A stretch of 64,000 nt of DNA from an archaeon. GTDB taxonomy: Archaea > Iainarchaeota > Iainarchaeia > Iainarchaeales > JAAZKV01. Numbering within the stretch: the first letter of the stretch is position 1; every line of letters begins with the position of its first letter. The stretch is from positions 205,731 through 269,730 of the forward strand of contig JBAZYC010000001.1 in NCBI GenBank assembly GCA_041659525.1, read 5' to 3'. The position numbers were made by a program, and so were the translations under genes. The notes beneath the pieces are model-generated. The model did not search any database. It worked only from the letters and a program-made list of their open reading frames with translations, and was not told the DNA's origin. Shown here in pieces: positions 8,030-17,949 of the stretch.

Positions 8030-11000
8030 AAGTCGCCTACTTCTTGTCTTGATTTACTATAGATTGCTATCCATAGTGTTGAATCTCTTACAAATTGCTC
8101 TAACAATTTTTGATCAGTTGTATTAGGGAATACTGCTTTTGCAACAGTTAAATCAACTTTGTTTTCAGAATTTTTACTTATTGCAACTAATGCAGTAGTT
8201 AATTTTCCTTTTAACCAAGTACTTTTTCCTTCTGCTTCTTGTACTACACTATCAGGAGAGTATTCTCTTTGACCTAATTTAGTTGTAGCAATAGCAATTG
8301 CAATTGGTTCTGCAGCATTAGGAGTAGTCCCATTAATTGTAATTAGATTTGGATTTGTTTTACAATCAAGTCCGCTTGTTGAAGTGTATCTAAATAATAC
8401 TTCTGGGAATTTTGAATCTTCTCCAAACATTCTCTTGTAAGGATTAGTTTTGATTACATTTACTGGATCTCCGCTAGCATAATCATCAACGTAATCTGTT
8501 TGTGTGCTCTTCATTAATTCTACCGCTACTTTTCTTGAAGTAACTATTGGATAAGCTCCAAGTAATCTTTGTTCAGGTAATAATCCCCCAACTTCTTTAG
8601 AGTATTTTTGTTCAGGTAATTTTCCGTTAACTGGTCTCTTCAAATCTAAAACATTTTGTATTTCGCTAACAACTAAATTATGTTCAGAATCAAGTCTCAA
8701 CATATACAATTTTCCTTTTGTAACGAAAACAGATTCTTTCATCTTAGTCATGTCACCATTGATTTTTGTAATACTATCCCCAATTTCATCCTTGTAGGCT
8801 TTCATTCCAACAGCATTTGAAACTAATCCACAAAAAATCCCTTTACCTAAAGCAGCCGCACCCGATTTAGACCACATAGAGTTTATTTTAGATCTCAAAT
8901 TATTTGTTTTTGTCATATCAGCTAATCCTAAGTCTCCGCCAGCTTTTACTTTAGGGCTAATTTCTTTAGCAATATCATCAATAGCTGTAGTCAAACTCGA
9001 ACTTGATTTCAAAGCAACTTCAATTTCTGGTTTAGCAGCAAGTTTTATTTCATTAATAATACTGTCTACTCTGTACCCTGTTCCAGCCACTAATCCTTTT
9101 TTGCCTACCTGCGAACCCATATAACTTTTCACAGGAATCTTATTATGTATTTTATCTATTAAATCTATTTTATCTTGACCCTTAATCCCTGGAACAGTTT
9201 GGCTAACTAAATCCTCAATTAGTGGGCGTAACTCAGCATGGTCTAAAGGTTGTACTAAAGAACCTAAATTATCAGCGTACCCTGCAAAAGAACTCTTTAA
9301 AGTTGTATTAAATAAAGTAAGATCTAATTTTAGTTTAGCTTTTATGATTTTTTCTAATGGAGAACCAGGTATCATTAATTTTGTAAGGTCATCTGCGTTT
9401 TTAGGAAGACGTCCTCTTGCTTTAAGCATTTCCTCAAAATTAGTAAGTTTTGATCCAGCTGGTTTTGTGAGTACATAACTTGCAGGATCTTGTATTAATT
9501 TATTATTTTTTATTGATAACTCTATATTTGTTTCTACTGAATTGTATTGTGGAGGAGTTAAAAGTCTTGATTTGGCTGATTGTAAAACAGTTGGTTTTGT
9601 AGCGGGTTTGATAAGATTGTTTTTTTGCATTTCTTTAGTAAGTTCCGTTACTAATTCATCTTTGTATCCTGTGCTCATATAAGCTATATCAAATTGACTA
9701 ACCTTTTTTGGATCAAAGGACTCTTCAAGTATTTTTTCAAATTCCTTTACATATGGTTCTGCCACATCACTTGCAATTGTTTTAATATTTGAAGAATTAA
9801 TTCCGTTCGCAAATCCTCTTCCTGTAGAAGCTCTGAATCCATTTAAAACTGCATTATTAAATGCTCCTTCTCCAGCAGCAAGTCCAGATTTAGTTAATGA
9901 ATACCCCGAGAGACTTTGTGATTCTATTTTTGTCGGAACAAACCAATCTAAATTCCAATCACTTTTTTTACCAAATAATCCTAGCACTGATTCAAATATA
10001 TCTAAAACCCCATTAACAAATTTGTCTGCTCCTGAAAGAGCTACTCTTCCACCCTTGGTTTCTGCGAAATCTGATTGTAAAACAGTCATTAATGGAAGTC
10101 CACAATCAGTTAATACTGAAAGAGCAGCTCCCCAAATTCCACCAGTAAGTGCAGTATTACAAACTGCAGAAGTTATTCCACATCCTATAGCATAACTCTT
10201 TACAGCACCTTGTCTTGCTGCAGATATTGCTGATAAATCTTTTTCTGTTTGTTCATTTCCTGCTATCGAGTATGCATCAAAGTTTCCTTGTCTTACAAGT
10301 GCTGTTTCGTATGCAGTTAAGTCAATTGTTTGTGGTCCATCTTTCCACATTGGAGTAAAGTAATATCCTTTTCCAGTTTCAACTGATTTACTTAGTACTA
10401 ATTGCAATAAATCTTTTGGATGTAGAGTTCCTGTATTAATTGTGATTAATTGTTTTGCACTTGATTCTGGTTGTGATTGGTTGAGTGCAACTATTCCTAA
10501 AGTAAATTGTACTCCATTAGCAAGTACATAAACTGGAGTTCCATCAGTTGATGATGCAGTAGTATCTTTAGTTGGATCTGATGCTAGCGCACAGATTTTA
10601 ATATTTCTATAATACTTGTAATCTTTAGAATTTTGATTGAACTTTAATTCAATTGGGTAATTTATTTTTTCTTCAACTAAATTTCCACCCATATAACTTA
10701 CTGTGTAATAATCTGTTCTCAAATTTCTTGTACTAACAGTTGAAGGAACTGAATTAACATTTGTAGTGTTAGGTATTTCTGCAGTTGGAACAGCTGGCAC
10801 TGTATCAGCAAATGAAAGTGCAGGCACTACATCTGCAAATGAAAGTTTTTCAACTTTAGAATCATCAGCAGCAACATTTGTTTTTGTTGAAGTACTTGCT
10901 CCAATTGGATTCTTTGTTGGAATTGCATCATTCACTGCTTGTCTATCTGCTTGTGAATTTTGGTTAGCAATAATACTTTCAGTAGTTGAGTTAGCATTAA

Positions 11001-14000
11001 CAGTTATTCCACTTTGTCCAATTGTAGTTAGTTTTGTTTCAGGCCCTACTATTGAATCATTTGCTTTTACTTGGATTTCTCTTATAGCATTAAAGTATTT
11101 TCCAGATGCACTTGGGTTAATTGGCTCTACTTGTACTGTTAGTGTTTCAGGAACGTTTGAGTAAATTGTTCCAGTTACACAACTCTCTACCCCAGAAGTT
11201 GAAGAGTTCATTGCTAACATAGAATTAGTTAGTTCTAATCTTCTTCTTCCTAAATTTCCAGAGTCATTTAATTTAACACAAGAATATACTTCCCCAGTTT
11301 TAATTAAGCAATTGTCTCCGAAGTTTCCTACTAAAGTATCTTGTACTAGATCTACTATTGCATTAGTGAAAGTAGCTTTTGAGAGTGCATCTGCTTTTGC
11401 AATTGAACTATCTACTGTAACTGTAATTATTTTCTTTTCTCCACCAGTTAAACAAATTTGTGCAATTGAATCTACTAGTGCTCCTTGAACTATCTTTACT
11501 TTGTTTCCTGATCCTGCTAGTGTTCTATTATCTGAACCAAATCTTGCTTTAGCAATCTTTGCAGCCATATCTTTTAGTAAAGTATCTGATTCTACTGTAG
11601 TCAACCATGTTCCATAATTTGAAGAGGTAGTTAACCCTGTATCAATTGGATTAAAGTTAGGAATATTTGTAATTGAACTTTGACATTCTCTTGTTACTAA
11701 TTTATTACTTCCTCCTTGAGGAACTGCTTTAATTGATAACACTGGGGTCATTGAATTAATTCCTTCTACTCCTGCTCCAAATGCTCCTGTAATAAATAAT
11801 TTGTAGTATCCGCATCCTTGGAGTACTGGGTCTAAGAATACTGTTTTATCATAAGCCATTGCTCTCATTTTCAAAAGAGTGGTATCTGCTTCGCCTGGAA
11901 CTACAATGAATCCTGTTGCGTCGCTTGTTTCTCTAAATGGAGTGGATGATGCTCCTTCGTTTTCTTCTCCATTCATTTGCTTTTGTAAAATGTATGGAGT
12001 TAGTGCATCATTTTGTAAGTATAGATCAATGTATTCTGGTTGCATTCCTATTTCTTCGAATGTACAAGCCCCAGTGTTTTGACAATCATAAGTTTCTTCT
12101 AAATTTTTAGCAGAGTATCCTTGTGATTGTGCTTTGCTTCTTATTTGTCTAATTATTTTATCCAAGTACTTTGCCGCTTGTACTGCATCACAATAAGCTT
12201 CTCCACAATTAGCATTATCACTAATTTTTGGAATAGTTACTTCTTGAGTTAATTCTTCTCCTACTTTTCCTCCGCAAACTTTTATTTTTACATTATTTGC
12301 TTTAACATGTTCGCTTGCCATGTCAAGTCCTGAGAAAATATTTATTGTGAATGGTTTTGAAATAATTGGAGTTTGACTTACTTCAGTTATTCCATTTACT
12401 ACTACTGAATAATTTTTTCTATTAACATTAGGAATTGCTGTAATTATTGTCATTGGAACATTTATTTGTTCGCCAGGTCCAATTGTTACCATTGGTAGTG
12501 ACATCATTATTGAACTTGAGGTTATTGGGAATCCGATTATTGGATTAACTTGGTTCATTGCTTGTCCTGCTGGAGTTGCTCCCACTATTCTTACTGGTTC
12601 TGCACATTTGTTGGTTACAGAAATTTTCTTTGCAAGTTGTCCGCCTTCGGGAGGGAATAAGTAATCAAAGTAACCTAAGCTATCTGAAACAATATTTGCG
12701 CTTAAGCAATTGTAACCTGAGTAGTACACTATTACCTCAATTAATCCTAGTGTTTGATTTGTGTTTTGGTAGTAATTTACATTAGAAGTTTTTGGATAAT
12801 AATTATTTAGTGGAGTAGTTCCGTCATAGTAATCATTATAGTAACCGTATCTATCATTTTGTCCTGATTGATTATTTAGTTGACCCATTTTTCCAGTTAT
12901 TTGAATTTGTGCTCTTGCTGGTTCGCTTATTTTATTATTTGCTGTAGCAATAACTAATTTTGTAGGAATAATTGCCTGTCCAGGTAAAAGACTTGTAGTT
13001 CCTGAGGGTTCTACACTTATTTTTACATTTGCTCCTGAAGTGTAATCATTATCCACACTAAATCCAATATTATCCACTGGGAATGCAGAAGTATTTGTAA
13101 CAAACAATGGTTGAGCTGCAATTGCTTTTTCTGCTGCACTATTTTGTGTTAACCACAGAGTTATTTGTGGGGGATAAGTTAGTGCTAGTGCTGGATTAAT
13201 TGTTTTTACATTAACACTTACTGTTTTCTTCAAATAATTTGAATCATAAACCACTTCATAAGAGAATATTTGTTCACGTGAATTAGCTCTATCTATTCCG
13301 TTTGTTGCTGTAATTGTAATATTTTTTGTTTCTCCTTGCTGTAAATCAATATCATCAGCTTCTATTCTAATGTAAGAATTCTTTGTTACCGCTCTTATTC
13401 TCTTTGTTAAATTTATTGATTGGTCACAATTATTTGTTACTTCTATTACATCTGAATCAGTTGAGCCTTGTGTTCCAAGTAAATTAATTATTGCTTTGTT
13501 TGGAGTTATTACTAAGCATGAAGCATCAAGTTTTCTATTATAAGTCATGTGAACGGTTGCACTTACTTTTGTTAAGAATTTTCCTTCAACCAGTCCTGAA
13601 ATTGTTATTGTTGAGGTTTCATCAGCAGAATCATCACTCTCTCCAATGTAACTAACAGTTATTTGTACTGATTGTTTTTGATCTTTACCAAGTGCAGAGG
13701 GGGCAATTGCAGTAATTTTGAATTTTCCACTTTCACTTGTTAAAGTATTCTCTCCAACCCCTGTAGAATCTTTTAGTTCTTCTCCATCAGTTGAAACAAA
13801 AATATTTTGTACAGTGAATTCAGAATTGTTTGATAATATTTCTGAAATCATATTTGATTTTGTTCCTAGTGGCATCTTTACTTCAATTGCATCTGTGAAT
13901 GACAAAATATTTTGAGTAGTAATTAGTAATGGAACTGTGTTTGTTGCGTAAGTTGGTACACTTACTTCAGCTGTATAAAGTCCAACTGATAAATCATTTT

Positions 14001-16959
14001 GTATTCTATAATATCCGTTCTTTCCTTTTCCGTCAGTTCCTTCTCCAACTACACTTTTCACTATTTTTCCATCTTTGTTAATTATTTTTACAAGTGCATC
14101 AGTAATTCCTTTTAATCCTTGGTCATTTACTTTTACAGTAAAGTTCTTTCCAGCCATTATTTGTGATTCTGATAATTCAACTAAAAGAGTTTTTTCTTGT
14201 ACTACTTTGAATGCTAAATTTTTCTCAACTGTTGCTACTCCTACTGCTTTTACACTTATTTGTGCATTTCCAATATTATTTGTTTTAAAGTAGAATCTTG
14301 TTTTTTCTTTTCCATTTTTAACTAGTGCTATTGCTGCACTTGCTTTTGATGATCCTGTCCCTTTAGCCTCGGCTTCTCTTACAAAATTAAAATTTCCTGT
14401 TTGGGTAGAAACGAAACTAATTGTATTATTATCAGTGCTTGCTGTTAATTGAACATAATCTGCTTCCATTGCAGTTACTTCTATTTCTAGTGCGTAAACT
14501 TTTTGAGTGAGTGCTTCAAATCCAACTTCTTTAATTAGTTGTTCACTTTCATCAAAGAAATTTGTTGTTAAGCAAATATTATCTTTACAATCAGGAAGGG
14601 CTTCGTATAAAGTTAAGTCCTCTGTATTTGTTGCCGCGTATACTCCAGCTTTTTTGTCGCTATAACTTTTTGTTAATAGTTCTACATCATCAGGTAATCT
14701 GTAGTAATCTTCTCCTACTACTGACCATGCTCTAAAGTGTAATTGTACTTTCCCTTCAGAGAAATCTTCCGCTCTTACTTTTACTTTTACAGTGTATGTT
14801 CCTTGCGGGTCAGTTATTACTCCTTCTATCCATTTACTTTTGTCTCCTTGCATTGTAGTATTTGATCTATCTACTACTTCGTTTCCTGGTACTGGAGAGG
14901 GAGTATAGGTATTTGATTGTGATATTTGTGCGCCTTGGAAACTTAAATCATAAACAGCGAATTTTTCTGATTCTGCGAATGGTACATTATCTGCTCCGCT
15001 TCTAAAGTGTACTCCCCCTTTTGTTGCAGCAAGTGGGTATGCAACACTAAATTTTGCCCAGTAAAATGCACCAGGGGTAAGTCCTTTTACTTCTGTTCCT
15101 TGTTCGTCTTCAAGTCCAATATATTCCATTACTGGAGTTAATGTACTTGCGTCTTTACTATACACTACTACTTCAACGTAATCTTTTCCCTTCACTGTAA
15201 CATTTTCTGTGAAAACATTTCCATCATCAAGAGTTACTTGTACTTCAATTATTTCTCTTTGTCCCGCGTCTAAGAATACTCTTGAATTACTAATTAAATC
15301 ATCAAATAAAAGTGTTCCATCTAGTCCCGATATTCTTGCTTTGCCAGTAACATCTTTTCCATATACATCAATAAATTTCATTTCAAGGACTTGTTCTTTT
15401 TTTGCCATAACTAAGTAAACTTTTTTATCCGCCTCTCCAGCTTTTACTTCTACTACGCTTCTTCCTCCCATTATTTCTGTTGTTCCTATTATTTCGTATG
15501 TTTTTGCGGGTGAAACTGTTGCTGCATAATATCCAGCGAATGTTGTTTGTCCTCCAGCTAATCCGTAGGGTAATTTGTTTCCATCTTTAATTTCAAAGAA
15601 TTCTAAATTCACTCCATTAATTGAAGTGCCTAATGAATCAGAAGTGTAAATATCAAGTCTTGCAGAATTAGTTGCACCTACGCTTTCCATTAATATTTTT
15701 ACCTCTTCAGTAGTGCTAACTAGTACTTGTTCTCTTTTTGGCAGGTAATTTTCTTTTGAAGCAGTAATGTAAATTGTTGCGTTTGAATCAATTCCAGTAA
15801 AATCTGTTCCTGCAATTGTTGAAGTTTGTTCAGCAAAAACTTCTCCATTTAATTTGTAAATTCTAACTATTGCATTATCAATTGCAAATCCTGATTTAGA
15901 ATCAAGTACGCTTACGTGTAATTTTTGTCCACCTTGTTTTAGTACAATATCAACTTTGTCTTCTTGTTTTCTAATTGTAATTCCTGCTCCAGAATCATCT
16001 GAATCATTTGTTAAATATCCTTGTTTTGTTACTACTATTCTTAGTGAAGTTCCTGCTTCTACCTCTCCAATTAATACTCCGTCAGCAGTGTAACCATTTA
16101 GTACTACTAAATTTTTTTGTTTATCATAAACATCTACTTTTGCGTCGCTAATTGTTTTTCCATCTATATCTTTTACATTAATTAATATATTTGCTTTTCC
16201 AACGTAGGATTGGTTTGATGGAATTAGTTCAATTGTTTTTACTTCTTTAGAACTAAATGTTACTTGTTGTTCGTAATTGTTATATCCTTCTGCACTTAAT
16301 TTCAAAAGCATTGTTACGCCTGTAGGAACTCCTGATTTTTTATAAAACCCGTTTGAATCTTCATCAAATTGTAAACTCAAATCTTTTGTAGAGGCAATTA
16401 CTGTTGCTCCATAAATAATTGTTTTTGTTTCATTATCAATTAATCTAATTTTTCCTTCAATTCCCTCGTAGGCTTTGCTAAATGAAACTCTTGGAGCGGT
16501 ATTATCTTTTCCAACTGTAAAATCAAGTGACTTTGGTTGGAAACCATCTTTAGAAGCAGTTAGTAATATTTTTTCTCCATTATAGAGTCCGCGATTTAGT
16601 GCTACTCTGTCCCCATCACTCTTTAATCCATCAAAAAGTACAGCTCCTTTTTCATCTGTTATTACTAGCTTTACGTTTTGCATTGCGCTTCCGTCAGCGT
16701 CTCTTAAAGAAAGAGTTAATTCATTTACATCCGGTCCTTTGTAAGTAAAAAGAAGTGAGAGTATTAGTAATAATAATACTATAATAGCGATTGTAACTAC
16801 AAAACTTGGTATTCCTTTGTTTTCGAAAAAATCAGAGTACTTGTAGACAGGAAGGCCTTTTCCGTCAAGGAAATCTAGTGTGTCAAAGTATTTGTCTTCT
16901 GCTTTTGTATAAATGCCGGCTAATTTTTCAGATATCAAAATACCCCACCAACGCCACAA
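8017..16959 (-). CDS. Giant membrane-anchored surface protein, paralog B (GP-B), ~2973-2980 aa
   Basis: Track ORF starts at TTG 16959. The TTG at 16938 is the more likely start, judged by alignment to GP-A/GP-C and a GGTGGGG-N4 SD-like motif (MISEKLAGIYTKAEDKYF..). The protein has an EDKYF motif plus a TM helix (IPSFVVTIAIIVLLLLILSLLF). A long array of beta-sandwich units follows (e.g. NVKLVITDEKGAVLFDG, ISDAKVDVYDKQKNLVVLNGYTADGV, IDNAIVRIYKLNGEVF). It then has a central block NCGEAYCDAVQAAKYLDKIIRQI shared with the paralogs. A ~770-aa C-terminal extension is unique to this copy. Confidence 0.9.
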   Translation of the reverse strand: MWRWWGILISEKLAGIYTKAEDKYFDTLDFLDGKGLPVYKYSDFFENKGIPSFVVTIAIIVLLLLILSLLFTYKGPDVNELTLSLRDADGSAMQNVKLVITDEKGAVLFDGLKSDGDRVALNRGLYNGEKILLTASKDGFQPKSLDFTVGKDNTAPRVSFSKAYEGIEGKIRLIDNETKTIIYGATVIASTKDLSLQFDEDSNGFYKKSGVPTGVTMLLKLSAEGYNNYEQQVTFSSKEVKTIELIPSNQSYVGKANILINVKDIDGKTISDAKVDVYDKQKNLVVLNGYTADGVLIGEVEAGTSLRIVVTKQGYLTNDSDDSGAGITIRKQEDKVDIVLKQGGQKLHVSVLDSKSGFAIDNAIVRIYKLNGEVFAEQTSTIAGTDFTGIDSNATIYITASKENYLPKREQVLVSTTEEVKILMESVGATNSARLDIYTSDSLGTSINGVNLEFFEIKDGNKLPYGLAGGQTTFAGYYAATVSPAKTYEIIGTTEIMGGRSVVEVKAGEADKKVYLVMAKKEQVLEMKFIDVYGKDVTGKARISGLDGTLLFDDLISNSRVFLDAGQREIIEVQVTLDDGNVFTENVTVKGKDYVEVVVYSKDASTLTPVMEYIGLEDEQGTEVKGLTPGAFYWAKFSVAYPLAATKGGVHFRSGADNVPFAESEKFAVYDLSFQGAQISQSNTYTPSPVPGNEVVDRSNTTMQGDKSKWIEGVITDPQGTYTVKVKVRAEDFSEGKVQLHFRAWSVVGEDYYRLPDDVELLTKSYSDKKAGVYAATNTEDLTLYEALPDCKDNICLTTNFFDESEQLIKEVGFEALTQKVYALEIEVTAMEADYVQLTASTDNNTISFVSTQTGNFNFVREAEAKGTGSSKASAAIALVKNGKEKTRFYFKTNNIGNAQISVKAVGVATVEKNLAFKVVQEKTLLVELSESQIMAGKNFTVKVNDQGLKGITDALVKIINKDGKIVKSVVGEGTDGKGKNGYYRIQNDLSVGLYTAEVSVPTYATNTVPLLITTQNILSFTDAIEVKMPLGTKSNMISEILSNNSEFTVQNIFVSTDGEELKDSTGVGENTLTSESGKFKITAIAPSALGKDQKQSVQITVSYIGESDDSADETSTITISGLVEGKFLTKVSATVHMTYNRKLDASCLVITPNKAIINLLGTQGSTDSDVIEVTNNCDQSINLTKRIRAVTKNSYIRIEADDIDLQQGETKNITITATNGIDRANSREQIFSYEVVYDSNYLKKTVSVNVKTINPALALTYPPQITLWLTQNSAAEKAIAAQPLFVTNTSAFPVDNIGFSVDNDYTSGANVKISVEPSGTTSLLPGQAIIPTKLVIATANNKISEPARAQIQITGKMGQLNNQSGQNDRYGYYNDYYDGTTPLNNYYPKTSNVNYYQNTNQTLGLIEVIVYYSGYNCLSANIVSDSLGYFDYLFPPEGGQLAKKISVTNKCAEPVRIVGATPAGQAMNQVNPIIGFPITSSSIMMSLPMVTIGPGEQINVPMTIITAIPNVNRKNYSVVVNGITEVSQTPIISKPFTINIFSGLDMASEHVKANNVKIKVCGGKVGEELTQEVTIPKISDNANCGEAYCDAVQAAKYLDKIIRQIRSKAQSQGYSAKNLEETYDCQNTGACTFEEIGMQPEYIDLYLQNDALTPYILQKQMNGEENEGASSTPFRETSDATGFIVVPGEADTTLLKMRAMAYDKTVFLDPVLQGCGYYKLFITGAFGAGVEGINSMTPVLSIKAVPQGGSNKLVTRECQSSITNIPNFNPIDTGLTTSSNYGTWLTTVESDTLLKDMAAKIAKARFGSDNRTLAGSGNKVKIVQGALVDSIAQICLTGGEKKIITVTVDSSIAKADALSKATFTNAIVDLVQDTLVGNFGDNCLIKTGEVYSCVKLNDSGNLGRRRLELTNSMLAMNSSTSGVESCVTGTIYSNVPETLTVQVEPINPSASGKYFNAIREIQVKANDSIVGPETKLTTIGQSGITVNANSTTESIIANQNSQADRQAVNDAIPTKNPIGASTSTKTNVAADDSKVEKLSFADVVPALSFADTVPAVPTAEIPNTTNVNSVPSTVSTRNLRTDYYTVSYMGGNLVEEKINYPIELKFNQNSKDYKYYRNIKICALASDPTKDTTASSTDGTPVYVLANGVQFTLGIVALNQSQPESSAKQLITINTGTLHPKDLLQLVLSKSVETGKGYYFTPMWKDGPQTIDLTAYETALVRQGNFDAYSIAGNEQTEKDLSAISAARQGAVKSYAIGCGITSAVCNTALTGGIWGAALSVLTDCGLPLMTVLQSDFAETKGGRVALSGADKFVNGVLDIFESVLGLFGKKSDWNLDWFVPTKIESQSLSGYSLTKSGLAAGEGAFNNAVLNGFRASTGRGFANGINSSNIKTIASDVAEPYVKEFEKILEESFDPKKVSQFDIAYMSTGYKDELVTELTKEMQKNNLIKPATKPTVLQSAKSRLLTPPQYNSVETNIELSIKNNKLIQDPASYVLTKPAGSKLTNFEEMLKARGRLPKNADDLTKLMIPGSPLEKIIKAKLKLDLTLFNTTLKSSFAGYADNLGSLVQPLDHAELRPLIEDLVSQTVPGIKGQDKIDLIDKIHNKIPVKSYMGSQVGKKGLVAGTGYRVDSIINEIKLAAKPEIEVALKSSSSLTTAIDDIAKEISPKVKAGGDLGLADMTKTNNLRSKINSMWSKSGAAALGKGIFCGLVSNAVGMKAYKDEIGDSITKINGDMTKMKESVFVTKGKLYMLRLDSEHNLVVSEIQNVLDLKRPVNGKLPEQKYSKEVGGLLPEQRLLGAYPIVTSRKVAVELMKSTQTDYVDDYASGDPVNVIKTNPYKRMFGEDSKFPEVLFRYTSTSGLDCKTNPNLITINGTTPNAAEPIAIAIATTKLGQREYSPDSVVQEAEGKSTWLKGKLTTALVAISKNSENKVDLTVAKAVFPNTTDQKLLEQFVRDSTLWIAIYSKSRQEVGDFCPQ

Positions 16960-17147
16960 AGCTAACTTATCTATTCACTATAAGTAATTACATTTACTTA
17001 CTTAATAAACCTTTTTACTTAGCCCAAACTCTAAGCAATCTCACTCAATTGGGCATGAGAAGGTACAAATTTAACTAAATAAACTTAAAATTAACTTAAA
17101 ATGAAACTAAAGCAGGCAAAAACCCCAATAAAAATTCAAAAAATATT

Positions 17148-17816
17148 TTATTTTCGTGATTTTTGCTCTTTTCCATTAGCCCAATAGAACCAAAGAACGT
17201 AAAATCCTACGATGTAAACAAACAAAATTACTCTAAATAGCAAATCATGAGTGAATTCTACTATTTGACCTTCTTGTCCAAGGATAATGTTTACTGTTAT
17301 TACTATTCTTAGTAAATTAAAAATTACACCAAGTATTATTGCAACTAAAATTCCTTGTAATTTCTTTTTCCAACTTACTCCAAAGCTTGCAAGTATCGCA
17401 CTTGCTAAAACAATTATTTCTAAAATCCCTGTGCAAAGCCAAGAAATAAAAATTACTTTTTCAATAGTAGTATTTGTTTGAAAGAAATAACAATTACTTG
17501 GAATTTCTGCCCCAATCCAATTTGCTTCAGTGCAACCAATAAAACTTCCTTCGCTTGTTGGAATTCCTTGTAAGGAAATAATTGATTGAACACTTTTTCC
17601 AACAGCGGCTTTGTAAAATTCACTTGGAATTAGCAAAACTAATCCAGTAATTAGGAGGTAAAAGAACACAAATCCTAACACAAAAAAAACTAATTGTTTT
17701 TTATTATCTGAAACAATTTTTTCTTCTTGAGCTTGAAAATATTTTTTAACTGAATCAAAAATATTGTCATTATTTTTTTTAGAATTTTTTAAAACTGCTT
17801 TTTTCTTAATGCTCAT
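17148..17816 (-). CDS. Exosortase/archaeosortase-family-like polytopic membrane protein (putative transpeptidase), ~222 aa
   Basis: ATG at 17816 immediately follows GGTG (the track start at 17819 is GTG). Several TM helices are apparent. The ordered motifs ..VIFISWLC-TGILEI.., ..GVIFNLLR-IVITV.. and ..EFTH-DLLFRVILF.. match the Cys/Arg/His catalytic signature and spacing of the EpsH (exosortase/archaeosortase) family. The call rests on motif recognition only. Confidence 0.5.
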   Translation of the reverse strand: MSIKKKAVLKNSKKNNDNIFDSVKKYFQAQEEKIVSDNKKQLVFFVLGFVFFYLLITGLVLLIPSEFYKAAVGKSVQSIISLQGIPTSEGSFIGCTEANWIGAEIPSNCYFFQTNTTIEKVIFISWLCTGILEIIVLASAILASFGVSWKKKLQGILVAIILGVIFNLLRIVITVNIILGQEGQIVEFTHDLLFRVILFVYIVGFYVLWFYWANGKEQKSRK

Positions 17817-17949
17817 CACCAGAATAGAGGTTTATTGATATTAAATAACTTTCTTTTAGATTTGTCAAAAGAAATAACTTTTTCTTTCGTATAATTTGAC
17901 AGCCCTCAAGTTTTTATATCTCTTTCACTCTTTACAATTACGTGAAAGC

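Noticed and set aside
6417-17078. Plus-strand ORFs inside the pilin-like gene and GP-B (6417..6689, 6806..7063, 6846..7100, 10766..11164, 11879..12082, 12558..12785, 13718..13915, 14075..14293, 15209..15418, 16806..17078)
   Set aside because: They are antisense shadows of long, clearly coding minus-strand genes, with implausible compositions and TTG/GTG starts.
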